The notes: generated by a model not told the origin, from the letters alone. Positions 1 through 11,631 are shown, numbered from the stretch's first letter. The stretch: DNA of 64,000 nucleotides from an uncultured Alphaproteobacteria bacterium (GCA_944391505.1 CALXTV010000005.1:5033-69032), one strand, 5' to 3'. Numbers and translations are program-made.

Positions 1-6
1 TCTGCA

Positions 7-456
7 GTGGTGTTTTGTCTGGCTTTTTTCTGTGCGGCGGCGGTTTATGCAGGCGACGACATCTATGTCGTGGACGGAGACAGTTTGAAACTGGGCGAAC
101 AGAATGTGCGTTTGGCGCATATTGACGCGCCGGAATATTATCAGGCCTGCAAGAGGGCGGACAAAAGCACCTATAACTGCGGCATTAAGGCCCGCGAAAA
201 GCTGGAGAGCCTGCTTAAGCTCGGCGAACTCAACTGTAAGACGGTCGGCAAAGACATCTATAACCGCGATATGTGCGAGTGCTTTGCCGGCAAAGTCAAT
301 GTTAATCTGGAAATGGTGCGAAGCGGCTGGGCCGTGGTTTATAAAAGCAAAGACGCCGCCTATCTTGAGGCGCAGGCAGACGCCAAACGCGCCAAGCTCG
401 GAATCTGGCAGGGAAAATATATGAAACCCGAATTGTACCGGATTTTGTTCAAATAA
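7..456 (+). CDS. secreted thermonuclease (SNase-like) family nuclease
   Basis: 149-aa ORF with a hydrophobic N-terminus. DGDS...RLAHIDAPE motifs resemble the staphylococcal nuclease fold. Confidence 0.6.
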   Translation: MVFCLAFFCAAAVYAGDDIYVVDGDSLKLGEQNVRLAHIDAPEYYQACKRADKSTYNCGIKAREKLESLLKLGELNCKTVGKDIYNRDMCECFAGKVNVNLEMVRSGWAVVYKSKDAAYLEAQADAKRAKLGIWQGKYMKPELYRILFK

Positions 457-487
457 GAATAAAGTTAACTTTTTATATAGATTCTTA

Positions 488-515
488 TTGACAGCAGGAA
501 AAAGTTATGTATATT
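488..515 (+). promoter_or_regulatory. candidate sigma70-type promoter for rplU-rpmA (TTGACA-16nt-TATATT)
   Basis: TTGACA at 488-493 and TATATT at 510-515, about 50 nt upstream of the rplU start. Confidence 0.35.
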
Positions 516-564
516 GCAAACAACGATTTATGTAATGAAATAATCAAGAATTAGGTGAATTAAA

Positions 565-867
565 ATGTACGCAGTAATTAAAACAGGCGGAAAACAGTAC
601 AAAGTTGCTTCCGGCGACGTTGTTAAGCTGGAAAAAATCGCCGGTGAAGAAGGTAAGGAAGTAGTTTTCAACGAAGTTCTGGCTTTGGATGATGTTATCG
701 GCACGCCGCTGGTTTCCGGCGCTTCGGTCAAGGCTACCGTTTTGAAACAGGCTCGCGATGCGAAAGTTATTGTCTTCAAGAAAAAGAGAAGACAGAATTA
801 TCGCCGCAAAAACGGTCACAGACAGAATATTACGATTGTCAAAATTACTGACATTATCGGCAAGTAA
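565..867 (+). CDS. rplU: 50S ribosomal protein L21
   Basis: [14 protein letters not shown]... is the canonical L21 N-terminus; the ORF is 100 aa. Confidence 0.95.
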   Translation: MYAVIKTGGKQYKVASGDVVKLEKIAGEEGKEVVFNEVLALDDVIGTPLVSGASVKATVLKQARDAKVIVFKKKRRQNYRRKNGHRQNITIVKITDIIGK

Positions 868-891
868 TAAGAATTTTAGGAGAGAATAGTC

Positions 892-1146
892 ATGGCACAC
901 AAGAAGTCAGGCGGTAGTTCGAATAACGGACGCGACTCAGAAGGCCGCCGTTTAGGTTTGAAAAAGTCCGGCGGTCAGGCCGTTATTCCGGGCAACATTA
1001 TCATTCGTCAGCGCGGCACCAAGTATCATCCGGGCGAGAATGTCGGTATGGGTAAAGATCATACGATTTTTGCTCTGGTTGAAGGTAAGGTTGTCTTTAC
1101 CAAAAAAGCCGACGACAAGACGTTTGTTTCGGTTGTTGCCGAATAA
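892..1146 (+). CDS. rpmA: 50S ribosomal protein L27
   Basis: [16 protein letters not shown]...GLKKSGGQ is the canonical L27 sequence. Confidence 0.95.
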   Translation: MAHKKSGGSSNNGRDSEGRRLGLKKSGGQAVIPGNIIIRQRGTKYHPGENVGMGKDHTIFALVEGKVVFTKKADDKTFVSVVAE

Positions 1147-1165
1147 GCCTAAGGCAGAAGATTTC

Positions 1166-1200
1166 AGGCGGAGGGGGTGTTCAGCATCCCCTCCGTTTTT
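1166..1200 (+). terminator. intrinsic terminator after rpmA
   Basis: GGCGGAGGGGG..CCCCTCCG hairpin followed by a T-run. Confidence 0.5.
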
Positions 1201-1252
1201 ATCTTAGAAAACCGGTAGGAATTTCGGGGGCTGATGCTTAAATAGAAGCTGA

Positions 1253-2344
<1,092 letters not shown>

Positions 2345-2349
2345 CGGGA

Positions 2350-2721
2350 GTGAGAAGATTGGCAAAAGCAGCTAAGAAAATTAATACAAACGATGAAGAC
2401 AAAGTTTTGGAGATTATTACCAAAACGCTTGATGAAAACAAGGCCGAAGACGTTGTGGTTATTGATCTGCGCGGTAAGACGTCCATTGCCAACCAAATGG
2501 TGGTTGCCAGCGGAACGTCGCAGCGTCATGTGGCTTCTTTGGCTGAAAAAGTTCAGGAAAATCTGAAAGCAGCAGGTTTTAAGTCGGCAGTTGAAGGCGA
2601 AGAAAAAGCCGATTGGGTTCTGATTGACGCTTTTGATGTTATTGTGCATATTTTCAAGCCGGAAGTCCGAGAATTTTACAGCATTGAAAAAATGTGGCAG
2701 TCCGTTAAGGCTCGTTCTTAA
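2350..2721 (+). CDS. rsfS: ribosomal silencing factor RsfS (Iojap)
   Basis: VVIDLRGKTSIANQMVVASGTSQRHVASLAEKV...DWVLIDAFDVIVHIF matches the RsfS family. The start is probably a GTG/TTG near 2350-2359 (an RBS GGGAG sits upstream); the ORF track runs from 2326 and overlaps the obg stop. Confidence 0.85.
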   Translation: MRRLAKAAKKINTNDEDKVLEIITKTLDENKAEDVVVIDLRGKTSIANQMVVASGTSQRHVASLAEKVQENLKAAGFKSAVEGEEKADWVLIDAFDVIVHIFKPEVREFYSIEKMWQSVKARS

Positions 2722-2783
2722 ATTATAAAAAAACAAAAGCGGTTTTTGGGTATGGCCGCTTTTGCTTTGTTTGTACGATGATC

Positions 2784-2975
2784 TCATAACGGTTTGATGC
2801 AGACGACAGAAGCCATTAATAATATTGCGATGACAACCGCCAGAAAATACCAGCCGATGTGTGTCGTTTGTTTGAGCTCTTTATCGTGCCATAATTGTTG
2901 CAGATTTTGCTCTTCTGTCGACAGTTTGCTTTTTTTGTTTTGATCTTCCATACTGAAAATATTTAAATTAAACAT
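2784..2975 (-). CDS. small hypothetical membrane protein (63 aa, single TM helix)
   Basis: The ORF has a C-terminal hydrophobic stretch (WYFLAVVIAILLMASVV). It lies between rsfS and rlmH on the opposite strand. Confidence 0.3.
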   Translation of the reverse strand: MFNLNIFSMEDQNKKSKLSTEEQNLQQLWHDKELKQTTHIGWYFLAVVIAILLMASVVCIKPL

Positions 2976-3097
2976 AATAATTATAAAATAGTATCTTGAA
3001 TGTTGTTAATATGTCTGCGCTTGCAGCAAAAGTCAAGTCCGGTTGGTGATTTTAGAGTAATACAGTTTGCTTAAACGGTTTTTTTTGGGGGGGAAAT

Positions 3098-3538
3098 ATG
3101 AAGGTAACGATTTTGGCAATCGGCAAATGTAAGAAAAATTCACCGGAAGCTCTGATTATTGACGAGTATGTCAAGCGTTCTGGCTGGATGGTGGCAATTA
3201 AAGAAAAGGACAATGCTTCTCAGGAAGAAGAGGCAAAATTTTTGCAGGGGAATATTCCTTCCGGCGCAAAGGTCGTTGTTTTGGACGAACGCGGAGAAAA
3301 TATGAAAAGTTTGGAACTGGCTGCCAAAATTGAAAACTGGATGCTGAACGGTTGTTCGGAAATCTGTTTTCTGATCGGTGGTGCGGACGGGCATCTTCAA
3401 TCGACCAGAGACCGGGCGGACCTATTGCTTTCTTTCGGGAAACTGACTTTGCCGCATATGCTTATGCGGGCCGTTTTGGCCGAGCAGATTTATCGTATAC
3501 AGACGATTGTTAATCATCATCCTTATCATCGCGAATAA
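3098..3538 (+). CDS. rlmH: 23S rRNA (pseudouridine1915-N3)-methyltransferase RlmH
   Basis: SPOUT family at about 146 aa, with LIGGADGH near the C-terminus and conserved placement after rsfS. Confidence 0.9.
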   Translation: MKVTILAIGKCKKNSPEALIIDEYVKRSGWMVAIKEKDNASQEEEAKFLQGNIPSGAKVVVLDERGENMKSLELAAKIENWMLNGCSEICFLIGGADGHLQSTRDRADLLLSFGKLTLPHMLMRAVLAEQIYRIQTIVNHHPYHRE

Positions 3539-3545
3539 AAAACTC

Positions 3546-3582
3546 GTATAGTGGTCAACTCGTACAGAAACATCGGGGTAAA
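3546..3582 (+). repeat. 37-bp direct repeat, copy 1 (gtatagtggtcaactcgtacagaaacatcggggtaaa)
   Basis: Exact duplicate of 3776-3812. It contains the internal sub-repeat aactcgtaYa twice. Confidence 0.8.
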
Positions 3583-3775
3583 ATTTTTAGTCACGTACTT
3601 TTTTGACTCAGGAACCTAAGCTCGCTGTGGTCGCTGTTGCTTCCTGGCTCGCGTAAGGTTTTCTGAGATGTTGCAGATAAAAAAGCAACACTGGTTGCTT
3701 TTTTACTTAGCCATTGCTCAAAAAATTTTCCCCTTGTTTCTTACTATTTGACTCACTCTTCGAGTTTTTTAATTT

Positions 3776-3812
3776 GTATAGTGGTCAACTCGTACAGAAA
3801 CATCGGGGTAAA
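3776..3812 (+). repeat. 37-bp direct repeat, copy 2
   Basis: Identical to 3546-3582. The two copies are separated by 193 bp of AT-rich sequence containing TTGACT boxes and an A6-hairpin-T6 element. Confidence 0.8.
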
Positions 3813-4019
3813 TAGTTAAACTCTTCATAATTGTATTTAGCCAAAAACAAAGAGCCTCTCATTATATTTTGACTTATTATGAGAAGTAAGTTAACATATA
3901 TTTGATAGGTGTGATGTGAACAGCAATTGGCAGGTCTTATATCTGCTCTTTGCCGAAGTTTCTGCGCACCTCCGCCTTCGCAGGCGCCGTCCCTTATATT
4001 AACTTGTCCGAGGTGTGCC

Positions 4020-6323
4020 ATGGCTCGTGTTCATCTGTTCTTTTCTATCGTTTTGGCCAGCGGTGCTTTTTTTGCCGCGGCCGATGTTTCGGAGGCTGAA
4101 CAAAGCCTGCCGCTTACCTTGTCGGTTAATACACACACAAATACATTATCCACACCCCTGACGGCGTCTGCGTCTCTTTTTGCCGATTTGAAAAATTCTT
4201 ATCAGACTGTCGGCGTTTGCTTTATCGGTTTTGGCGATTGTATGGAAGATGCCGGTTTTGGCAGGGGCGGTGATGATTATTCGCTGGATACGGCCTCTCA
4301 ATGCAAAAACGAGGGATATGTTCTCAACAACTGCAATTCCGTTCAATCCCCCAAAGATTATTGCCCGTATAACAAGTCTTATGTTTCCGGATGTAAATGT
4401 GCGTCTAACCTTATAACCTGTCCGGCAGGGCAAGTCGGTGTGGGTGATGCCTGCGAGGGAAAGTACGCTTCCTGCAAATGCGACCCTAATCTTATAAGCT
4501 GCGCTTCCAACCAGACCGGACAGGGGGCAAGTTGCGGCGGCAAATATCAGTCCTGCGTCTGCAAGTCGGAATATCAATATAATTCATCAAACTGTACATC
4601 GCCGCGTTCGCTGACCGGTGCCAGCTGCGGCGGCAAGTATACGGGCTGCTCGTGTCCGGGAGGGATAACCAGTCTGCCTTACGGATGCGAGGAATATTAT
4701 GCGTCGCCCTGCAATTCCGTCTGTAAGAAAGCTTATGTGGACAACTGCAGGAATCGTACGGCGGTCAGTACACCGTACGGCTGCCAGACTTATTGGTCTG
4801 ACTGTTCTTCCAAATGTCAGAAGGCTTACCCGGACAACTGCCGGAATCGTACGGCCGCAACTTGTGCTTTTGGCTGTCAGACTTATTGGAGCGATTGTCA
4901 GTCGAAGTGCCAGACCTGCAAGACCGATAACTGTGCCAACCGAACCGCCGTTAATGCGCCATACGGTTGCCAGACTTATTGGTCAGACTGTGCTTCCAAG
5001 TGTCAGACGGCCTATGCCGACAACTGCCACAACCGTACGGCGGTCAGTACACCGTACGGCTGTCAGACTTATTGGTCTGATTGTACTTCCAAATGCCAGA
5101 CGGCTTATGCAGACAACTGTCGGAATCGTTATGTCAATAATGAGCAACAGGTGGCAATTTTCGGCTGTGCTAAGTATTTCGACGATTGTCCGACCAAATG
5201 TCAAATGCCTAATCCGACAAGCTGTACCTATGCCGCGCGAACGGCTCATCCGGAGGCCATTGTGGTCGGGACGAATGAAGAGCTCAGGACTGCGGCGGTT
5301 TCCGGAGAGAAAATTTACCTGAGCAGTGATTTAGATATATATACAAATTTTGAAATTAAAAACGGTACGGCAATCCATTCGGCCTATGAACTGGCGCCGA
5401 AATATTGTCTGGAAAAAGGATGGGGCGGTATATGGAATATTTATGAAGGAACCAAGATTAATGTTCCTTTATATAGTGCCGGGTTAGATGTTATGGGAAG
5501 TTTCAGTTTTTCAAAAGATATTAAGTTAAATTCTTTGTATTTTGGTGCACCGCCTTTGGGAATATCCGAAGAAACCGAAATTAGCATTACTTCTGAAAAT
5601 GATGCCAAAATTCAAAGTTATAACTTAGGTGGTTCGCTTGAGATTTTGAATGATTCGTTGAAGTCGATTTTTATTGATAATCTTGTCTGGGTCTCGACTT
5701 TGCGGCTTGATTTTATTTCAAACGAAGATCTGACGGTGACTGTGAGAAAATCTGGAGAATTTGATTCTCTTAATTTGAGTGGGGGACCGGGAAAGTTTGT
5801 TCTGGAAGACGGAACGTTTAATATTAGGGGTAATATGATTATTAACTCTATTCAGCCTCCTTATTTAGGCGACGGTATCGAAGTTTTGTTTAAAAATGCC
5901 AATGTTAATTTGCGTGACCTTGAGATGCAGTCAAATTCGGAAATCGTGCTGGATAATTCCACTGTTGATGCGAATAATAGCTTGGGAACTTATTTGGATT
6001 ATTCTAACCTTTTCTATGACAACTCTGTGCCGACGGGAGCAATCCGCTTTAAGAACGGCAGTAAATGGCTTAATATGTCCCATATTAGCATACACGACCT
6101 TTACGGCGGTGGATATGGCGTGGAGTTTGTTTTTGAACCGAACAGCCATTCTTATATTGAGACGTACAAAGGGTTTGGCACTTGTCAATACGGAAAGATA
6201 TCCGCTCAAGATCCGACGCAGGAAGCAAAATTGCAAAGTTACGGCGCTGCTACGACGGAGCTATGTTTCATACCTGATTATTATAATAATTATACCAAGC
6301 AAATTAATATAAAAGTAGAATAA
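4020..6323 (+). CDS. secreted cysteine-rich repeat protein (767 aa) with a Cys-free beta-rich C-terminal domain
   Basis: The in-frame ATG at 4020 begins a signal peptide, MARVHLFFSIVLASGAFFAAADVS. Residues 110-240 carry about 23-aa C.C..NLI.C...Q.G.G..C.GKY.SC repeats. Residues 240-400 carry five repeats of about 30 aa, NCRNRTAVSTPYGCQTYWSDCxSKCQxAY. The ~375-aa C-terminus is cysteine-free. I recognise no homolog by eye. Confidence 0.75.
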   Translation: MARVHLFFSIVLASGAFFAAADVSEAEQSLPLTLSVNTHTNTLSTPLTASASLFADLKNSYQTVGVCFIGFGDCMEDAGFGRGGDDYSLDTASQCKNEGYVLNNCNSVQSPKDYCPYNKSYVSGCKCASNLITCPAGQVGVGDACEGKYASCKCDPNLISCASNQTGQGASCGGKYQSCVCKSEYQYNSSNCTSPRSLTGASCGGKYTGCSCPGGITSLPYGCEEYYASPCNSVCKKAYVDNCRNRTAVSTPYGCQTYWSDCSSKCQKAYPDNCRNRTAATCAFGCQTYWSDCQSKCQTCKTDNCANRTAVNAPYGCQTYWSDCASKCQTAYADNCHNRTAVSTPYGCQTYWSDCTSKCQTAYADNCRNRYVNNEQQVAIFGCAKYFDDCPTKCQMPNPTSCTYAARTAHPEAIVVGTNEELRTAAVSGEKIYLSSDLDIYTNFEIKNGTAIHSAYELAPKYCLEKGWGGIWNIYEGTKINVPLYSAGLDVMGSFSFSKDIKLNSLYFGAPPLGISEETEISITSENDAKIQSYNLGGSLEILNDSLKSIFIDNLVWVSTLRLDFISNEDLTVTVRKSGEFDSLNLSGGPGKFVLEDGTFNIRGNMIINSIQPPYLGDGIEVLFKNANVNLRDLEMQSNSEIVLDNSTVDANNSLGTYLDYSNLFYDNSVPTGAIRFKNGSKWLNMSHISIHDLYGGGYGVEFVFEPNSHSYIETYKGFGTCQYGKISAQDPTQEAKLQSYGAATTELCFIPDYYNNYTKQINIKVE
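4731..5200 (+). repeat. intragenic tandem DNA repeat (about 90-bp unit, 5 copies) encoding the Cys-rich module
   Basis: Near-identical copies of gcttatg..gacaactgc.gaatcgtacggc...ccgtacggctgccagacttattggtctgactgt...aaatgtcaga. Confidence 0.8.
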
Positions 6324-6327
6324 AAAA

Positions 6328-6358
6328 ACAGGCCCTGCAAGTGATTGCAGGGCTTTCC
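6328..6358. terminator. bidirectional hairpin terminator between the Cys-rich gene and uvrB
   Basis: GCCCTGCAAGTGATTGCAGGGC palindrome flanked by an A-run and a T-rich tract. Confidence 0.45.
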
Positions 6359-6368
6359 GTTGAATTGG

Positions 6369-8351
6369 CTACAGGTTTTTCATGGCCAGTCGTTCAAGTT
6401 CTTTGAGCTTGTCGCGATAGACGACGGCCGTTTCAAACTCAAGATTGGCGGCGGCTTCTTTCATCAGTTTGGTATATTCTTTGATTTTTTTCTCAACGTT
6501 TTTGATTTCTTCAATATCTTTGGTGTCGTCTTTGACAAAGTCGGTTTCGGTCATTTCTTTTAGGGTGGCCGAAATGCTTTTTTTGATGGTTTTCGGGGTA
6601 ATGCCGTGTTCGGCATTGTATTTCATCTGTTTTTCGCGGCGGCGGCGCGTTTCGTCGAGCGCCTGTTTGATGGAGCCGGTTATTTTGTCGGCGTACAGAA
6701 TGACTTTGCCTTCGGCGTTGCGGGCCGCACGACCGATTGTCTGAATCAGCGAGCGGGTCGAACGCAGAAAGCCTTCCTTGTCGGCGTCAAGAATGGCCAC
6801 CAACGAACATTCCGGAATATCCAGGCCTTCGCGCAAAAGGTTGATGCCGACCAGCACGTCGAAAACGCCGAGGCGTAAATCTCTGATGATTTCAATACGC
6901 TCGAGCGTGTCAATGTCGGAGTGCAGATAGCGGACTTTTATGCCGTTGTCGTTTAAATATTCGGTCAGGTCTTCGGCCATTTTCTTGGTCAGTGTCGTTA
7001 CCAGAATACGTTCGCCTTTGGCGACAACCTTGCGGCATTCTTCCATGAGGTCGTCAATCTGGTTTTCTACCGGGCGCACAACACATACCGGGTCGGCCAG
7101 CCCGGTCGGGCGGATGACCTGTTCGACAAAGGTGCCGCCGCTTTGCTCAAGCTCCCAGTCGCCGGGGGTGGCGGAAACGAAAATTGTCTGGCCGCGCATG
7201 GCATTCCATTCGTCAAATTTGAGCGGGCGGTTGTCGACGCAGGACGGCAGGCGGAAACCATAAGCGGCCAAAGTCGATTTGCGGTTATAGTCGCCGCGGA
7301 ACATTCCACCGATTTGCGGTATGGAAATATGGCTCTCGTCAATGAAAATGATGGCGTTCGGCGGCAGATATTCAAACAGGGTCGGCGGCGGCGCACCGGC
7401 CGGACGTCCGGTTAGGTAGCGCGAGTAGTTTTCAATGCCTTTGCAATGTCCGGTCGCTTCAAGCATTTCAAGATCAAACCGGGTGCGTTGTTCCAGCCGT
7501 TGTGCTTCCAGCAGTTTGTTTTGACTTTTAAATTCCTCAAGGCGCTCTTTTAATTCTTTTTTGATGCCGACAATAGCCTGAGACAGAGCCGGGCGCGGCG
7601 TGACGTAGTGATTGGCCGGATAAACCGTGACTTCTTTCAGATCAACGGTTTTTTTGCCGGTCAGGGAATCGAACTCGCAGATGCTTTCAATCTCATCGCC
7701 GAAAAAGGAAATGCGCCAGGCACGGTCTTCGTAATGTGCCGGAAAAATATCCAGTATGTCGCCCTGAACCCGGAAGGTGCTGCGGACAAAATTCTGCTGA
7801 TTGCGCTCGTATTGCAGTTCGGCCAGGCGGCGGCAGACTTCCCGCGGGGCAATTTCATCGCCGACTTTTAGCGGAATGGTCATTTGCGAATAGGATTCAA
7901 CGTCGCCCAAGCCGTAAATGCAGGAAACCGAGGCAATGATAATGACGTCTTTGCTTTCCAGAATGTCACGGGTGGCCGCGTTGCGCATGCGGTCGATTTG
8001 TTCGTTGATGGCCGAATCTTTTTCAATATAGGTGTCGGTTTTGGGAACATAGGCTTCCGGCTGGTAATAGTCATAGTAGGAAACGAAATATTCGACATGG
8101 TTGTTCGGAAAAAATTCTTTCATTTCCGAGTAAAGCTGGGCCGCCAGAATTTTGTTCGGTGCCATAATCAGGGCGGGGCGCTTGCTTTGTTCAATGATTT
8201 TGGCCATGGTAAAGGTTTTGCCGCTGCCGGTAACCCCGAGCAGAACCTGATTTTTTTCGCCGTTTGCGATGCCTTCGCAGAGCTCCTTGATGGCTTCCGG
8301 CTGATCGCCCGCGGGAGCAAAGGGACTTTCAATTTTGAAATCACTGCTCAT
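6369..8351 (-). CDS. uvrB: excinuclease ABC subunit B
   Basis: [29 protein letters not shown]...; helicase motifs. The start was chosen at MSSDFK (8351). The ORF track extends to 8450, but that N-terminal extension is implausible. Confidence 0.95.
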   Translation of the reverse strand: MSSDFKIESPFAPAGDQPEAIKELCEGIANGEKNQVLLGVTGSGKTFTMAKIIEQSKRPALIMAPNKILAAQLYSEMKEFFPNNHVEYFVSYYDYYQPEAYVPKTDTYIEKDSAINEQIDRMRNAATRDILESKDVIIIASVSCIYGLGDVESYSQMTIPLKVGDEIAPREVCRRLAELQYERNQQNFVRSTFRVQGDILDIFPAHYEDRAWRISFFGDEIESICEFDSLTGKKTVDLKEVTVYPANHYVTPRPALSQAIVGIKKELKERLEEFKSQNKLLEAQRLEQRTRFDLEMLEATGHCKGIENYSRYLTGRPAGAPPPTLFEYLPPNAIIFIDESHISIPQIGGMFRGDYNRKSTLAAYGFRLPSCVDNRPLKFDEWNAMRGQTIFVSATPGDWELEQSGGTFVEQVIRPTGLADPVCVVRPVENQIDDLMEECRKVVAKGERILVTTLTKKMAEDLTEYLNDNGIKVRYLHSDIDTLERIEIIRDLRLGVFDVLVGINLLREGLDIPECSLVAILDADKEGFLRSTRSLIQTIGRAARNAEGKVILYADKITGSIKQALDETRRRREKQMKYNAEHGITPKTIKKSISATLKEMTETDFVKDDTKDIEEIKNVEKKIKEYTKLMKEAAANLEFETAVVYRDKLKELERLAMKNL

Positions 8352-10950
8352 TGTTTTTTGGGCCGTTGTTTTCCGTGTCTTCGTCCAAGTCGGCGAGCCG
8401 CAGCGAATCCGTATAGATTTTGGTAAAGTTGCTGAAAGCGGCAACGTCATTGACCATGCGGTCTATTGAGTTAAGGTCTATTTTATCGTCTTCAAGGCGT
8501 CCGGTCAGGATATTGAAGACGCTGTGATATTTTGTGTCTTTGAAGTAAGGCATGAAAGTATTGCGCAAACGTACGATAACGGTTTCTTTGCCGGATTTTT
8601 TCAAAGCTGTGGCCCAGTCGAGAATATAGTTAATCTGTTCTTCACTCAATGGCTGGCCGGGTGTCGGCTTTTCGACCAGATATTTGAGGTTGTCTGATGC
8701 GGGGCCCCATAATCCGGCGTTCCAGAATATTTCGCTTTTTAAGAGAATGGCGTTTTTGCTGTAGTCGTCTTTCAGCAGTTTGAGCGCTTCTTCCTGACGA
8801 TTGAGCGCGGTAAGCGCTTTGGCGCGGATGATTTTGCGCTGCAACGCCAAAGTCTGCGGAATGGCATCGCTTTGGGTATCGTCGAGCATAAGCAAAGTTT
8901 CGCCTTCTTTGTGGTTGAACAGATATATCAGAGCCAGGCGGGTGCCGATTTTTGCACGGTCAAGCGGTGTCATCGGAACGGTGCGCAACTGATTGGTCAG
9001 CAGGCTTTCGGCACGGTCAAGCAAATCAACGGCTACCAGCCGGTCGCTTAATTTCAGAATTATGGTGTTATATTGCGGGCTTTTAGGTGCCAGCCATTCA
9101 TAATCGTGGTACAAAGCCAGTGATTTCAGAGCCGGCAGATTGTCGGCTTCGTTATGAATATAGATGTTTTCAAACAAACGAACCATTCTGTCTTCAACGG
9201 CCGGTTTGTCTTCATAATCGGCATAGTTTTTCAGCTCCTGAAGCGTGCGGAGGGCATTGGCAAAATCTTTTTGACGGGCGTACATATCGGCCAGACCGTC
9301 AAGCAGGCTTAATTTGAAAGTTCTTTCACCCCAGGCATAGCGCAGGCGTTCAAACTCGCTGATAGCGTTGTCCAGCGGAAACAGATTTAATTTTAAGCCA
9401 AGCTCGACGATTTCTTTACGCGCCAATGAAGTATACTTAAGCGAATCGAGCGGCAATATCCGTCGGTATTCGTTAATTGCACTCATCGGCGATCCCTGCA
9501 ACACCAGCTTTTTTCCGGTCAGGTAGTGAACGGCGGGCACGAGGCGTCCCGGGTGACGGCTGTTTTTCAGAATATCAATAAAATTCTGCGTGGAGAGGTC
9601 GTCGCCGGCATTGAGCGCAACCTGGGCACCGACCAGAGCAATACGGTCTTTGATTTCGTCCGGATAGTCGCGAATAAGGGAGATGAAAGAAAGCAGAATA
9701 CCGCCATATTCATCTTTGTATTCAATTGCCGCTTCAGACAGAGTTCGCCAGAAAACGGCTTCGTTGTTTGTCGACAGGTGCCCGTATGAAAAGTCTTCGA
9801 CGGCCTGTTCGTAACGATTGGCCAGAAAGTTGGCTATACCGGAAAGTCCGTACAGGCGCTCGGATTGTGCCTCCGGTGCGCCGGAGGCTTTTATCTGGTT
9901 GATGATGCTCAGCGCATTTGTTCCCAATCCCCGCATGACATAGTATTTGGCAAGTTCCAGCCGGGTTTTATTTTTTTGTTCTTCCGGTGCGGCGGCAATG
10001 TCATCGCGTAACTGCTGTTCTGCTTCAATAAACGGTCGGCTCATCAGTTCGGCACTGATTGTTCCGGTCAGCGGAGAAAGCTCGTTTTCGTCCTGACCAA
10101 GCATGGCTTGACGTTTGAGGTAGTCGAGGTTATGGGATATGTTCAGACCCCGGTTGTATCCCTGAATCGAGATTCCGGTTGTTGCCCGGCTGACGACGAT
10201 GTCGTTAGTTTTGGATATGATGACAATCCCCTGATAAGATGCGAGAATATCCAAATCAGGATAAGTGTAGGGATGTTCAATTCCGACGCCGATGTCCAAA
10301 CTTGGGGCTGCGATGATGGTGTCGCCGATTTCCGGATCAAGCGTTGAGATGACGTTGCCTGTATTGGAAACCGGAACAAAGAGATATGGCTGTTTGCGGC
10401 TGTTGTATTGTGTGAAAGCCTGAAGGTAGCGGTGTTCTTCGTCAGGAAACGGCCTTTTCAGAATGTCGACGACCCAGAGCAAGCCTTCTTTACGAACGGT
10501 GTAATAAGTTCCTTCTTTGGGTTTTAGACGTAAAATAAGACCTTGATAATTCGGTATTTGTATCAGTTCATCAACCAGCGGTGCAGCGTTGGCTGCCAGC
10601 GCTTCGATATCAATGTTTTGCGAGTGGTCGAAAACAATCCACAGATAATCGCCGCGGTGGAAAACAGCCAAACCGACAGGAATGTTCCAGGGAAAGCTCA
10701 AGCTGACGCTTTGTTTTTCGTTGTTTTCCTGCGTCATTTGCGGCACCGCCATTTCGCTGCTGCTTGATCTTTTGGCTGTACTGCGGGTCTCAATCGGACG
10801 GATTTGTGCCGTGGAAACAGGTTCGACAGCCGCAGCGCTTCCAATGACCGAGGCAGGCGACGGCACAGGGAAAAAACAGGCAAAAACCAGCGTACAGAGT
10901 GCCATACGCCGGCCGACATTTTTTAATATATTTCTTGTCTTATTGCTCAA
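8341..10950 (-). CDS. large secreted TPR-like repeat protein, flagellar-cluster associated
   Basis: 869-aa ORF with a signal-like N-terminus and helical-repeat-rich (TPR-like) middle and C-terminal regions. Its last 11 bp overlap the uvrB start. Confidence 0.55.
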   Translation of the reverse strand: MSNKTRNILKNVGRRMALCTLVFACFFPVPSPASVIGSAAAVEPVSTAQIRPIETRSTAKRSSSSEMAVPQMTQENNEKQSVSLSFPWNIPVGLAVFHRGDYLWIVFDHSQNIDIEALAANAAPLVDELIQIPNYQGLILRLKPKEGTYYTVRKEGLLWVVDILKRPFPDEEHRYLQAFTQYNSRKQPYLFVPVSNTGNVISTLDPEIGDTIIAAPSLDIGVGIEHPYTYPDLDILASYQGIVIISKTNDIVVSRATTGISIQGYNRGLNISHNLDYLKRQAMLGQDENELSPLTGTISAELMSRPFIEAEQQLRDDIAAAPEEQKNKTRLELAKYYVMRGLGTNALSIINQIKASGAPEAQSERLYGLSGIANFLANRYEQAVEDFSYGHLSTNNEAVFWRTLSEAAIEYKDEYGGILLSFISLIRDYPDEIKDRIALVGAQVALNAGDDLSTQNFIDILKNSRHPGRLVPAVHYLTGKKLVLQGSPMSAINEYRRILPLDSLKYTSLARKEIVELGLKLNLFPLDNAISEFERLRYAWGERTFKLSLLDGLADMYARQKDFANALRTLQELKNYADYEDKPAVEDRMVRLFENIYIHNEADNLPALKSLALYHDYEWLAPKSPQYNTIILKLSDRLVAVDLLDRAESLLTNQLRTVPMTPLDRAKIGTRLALIYLFNHKEGETLLMLDDTQSDAIPQTLALQRKIIRAKALTALNRQEEALKLLKDDYSKNAILLKSEIFWNAGLWGPASDNLKYLVEKPTPGQPLSEEQINYILDWATALKKSGKETVIVRLRNTFMPYFKDTKYHSVFNILTGRLEDDKIDLNSIDRMVNDVAAFSNFTKIYTDSLRLADLDEDTENNGPKNNEQ

Positions 10951-10968
10951 AACCTTTTTCCGTTGCCG

Positions 10969-11622
10969 TTAAATGCTGTTTCCGATAATCTCGTCCGTTA
11001 CGGCTTTTGCTTTTGCCGCTTCCATTTGGGAAACAATGGCTGATGCCGCGGACGGTTTCATTTCTCTCAACAGGTAGGCTGCCGTTTCGATGTCCAGCGT
11101 GTTGAATATTCTGGCAGCGCTTTGCGGTTTCATGCTGGTGTACATCTTGACCAGCGCGGCCATTTTTTCTTTTTCTTTTTCGTTGTATTCGTTAATGAGT
11201 TTCTTCAGTTTACTTTCATATTCGCGGAGCTGAACCAGCTTTTTTTCAATTTCCTCTTCAGCGACTTTTAGCTGGACGGCTTTCTTGTCAATCTCTCGGC
11301 TTCTCAGATCAAGAGCTTCGCGACGCTCGGCGAGTTCCTGCAAAATCATTATTTCGGACTGAGTAAAAGTACTGTTATTTTTTTCTCCGCTTCCTGCCGG
11401 GGTTTGTCCGCGTTCAGCCTGTTCCAAAACTTTGCTTAATTCCGCGGTTTCCTGTGAGGCTTTTTCTTCGGCCCAGGCGTGGCTTTGACCAAGATGAAAA
11501 CGGCTGTCATCGGCATTTTTCAGCGAATCAAAAACATTATTGACACGAATGGACAGTGTCAGAACGGCCAGAAAGATGAAGACGGGCAGAATGCGAAAAT
11601 GATTTTTTATTTTTGTCAGCAT
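10969..11622 (-). CDS. MotE-like flagellar protein (membrane anchor, coiled coil, MgtE-N-like C-terminus)
   Basis: N-terminal TM helix, a long charged coiled coil, and the C-terminal sequence LVKMYTSMKPQSAARIFNTLDIETAAYLLREM, which resembles MotE/MgtE_N. It sits downstream of fliL-fliM as in alphaproteobacterial flagellar clusters. Confidence 0.45.
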   Translation of the reverse strand: MLTKIKNHFRILPVFIFLAVLTLSIRVNNVFDSLKNADDSRFHLGQSHAWAEEKASQETAELSKVLEQAERGQTPAGSGEKNNSTFTQSEIMILQELAERREALDLRSREIDKKAVQLKVAEEEIEKKLVQLREYESKLKKLINEYNEKEKEKMAALVKMYTSMKPQSAARIFNTLDIETAAYLLREMKPSAASAIVSQMEAAKAKAVTDEIIGNSI

Positions 11623-11631
11623 TGAACTTCC

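Noticed and set aside
3546-3812. Possible CRISPR array (two identical 37-bp repeats)
   Set aside because: Only two copies, a 193-bp spacer, and no cas genes in the window. A CRISPR array is very unlikely.
4699-5322. 207-aa Arg-rich ORF, plus smaller ORFs, inside the Cys-rich gene
   Set aside because: Alternative frame of the tandem repeat region; the repetitive sequence keeps the off-frame open.
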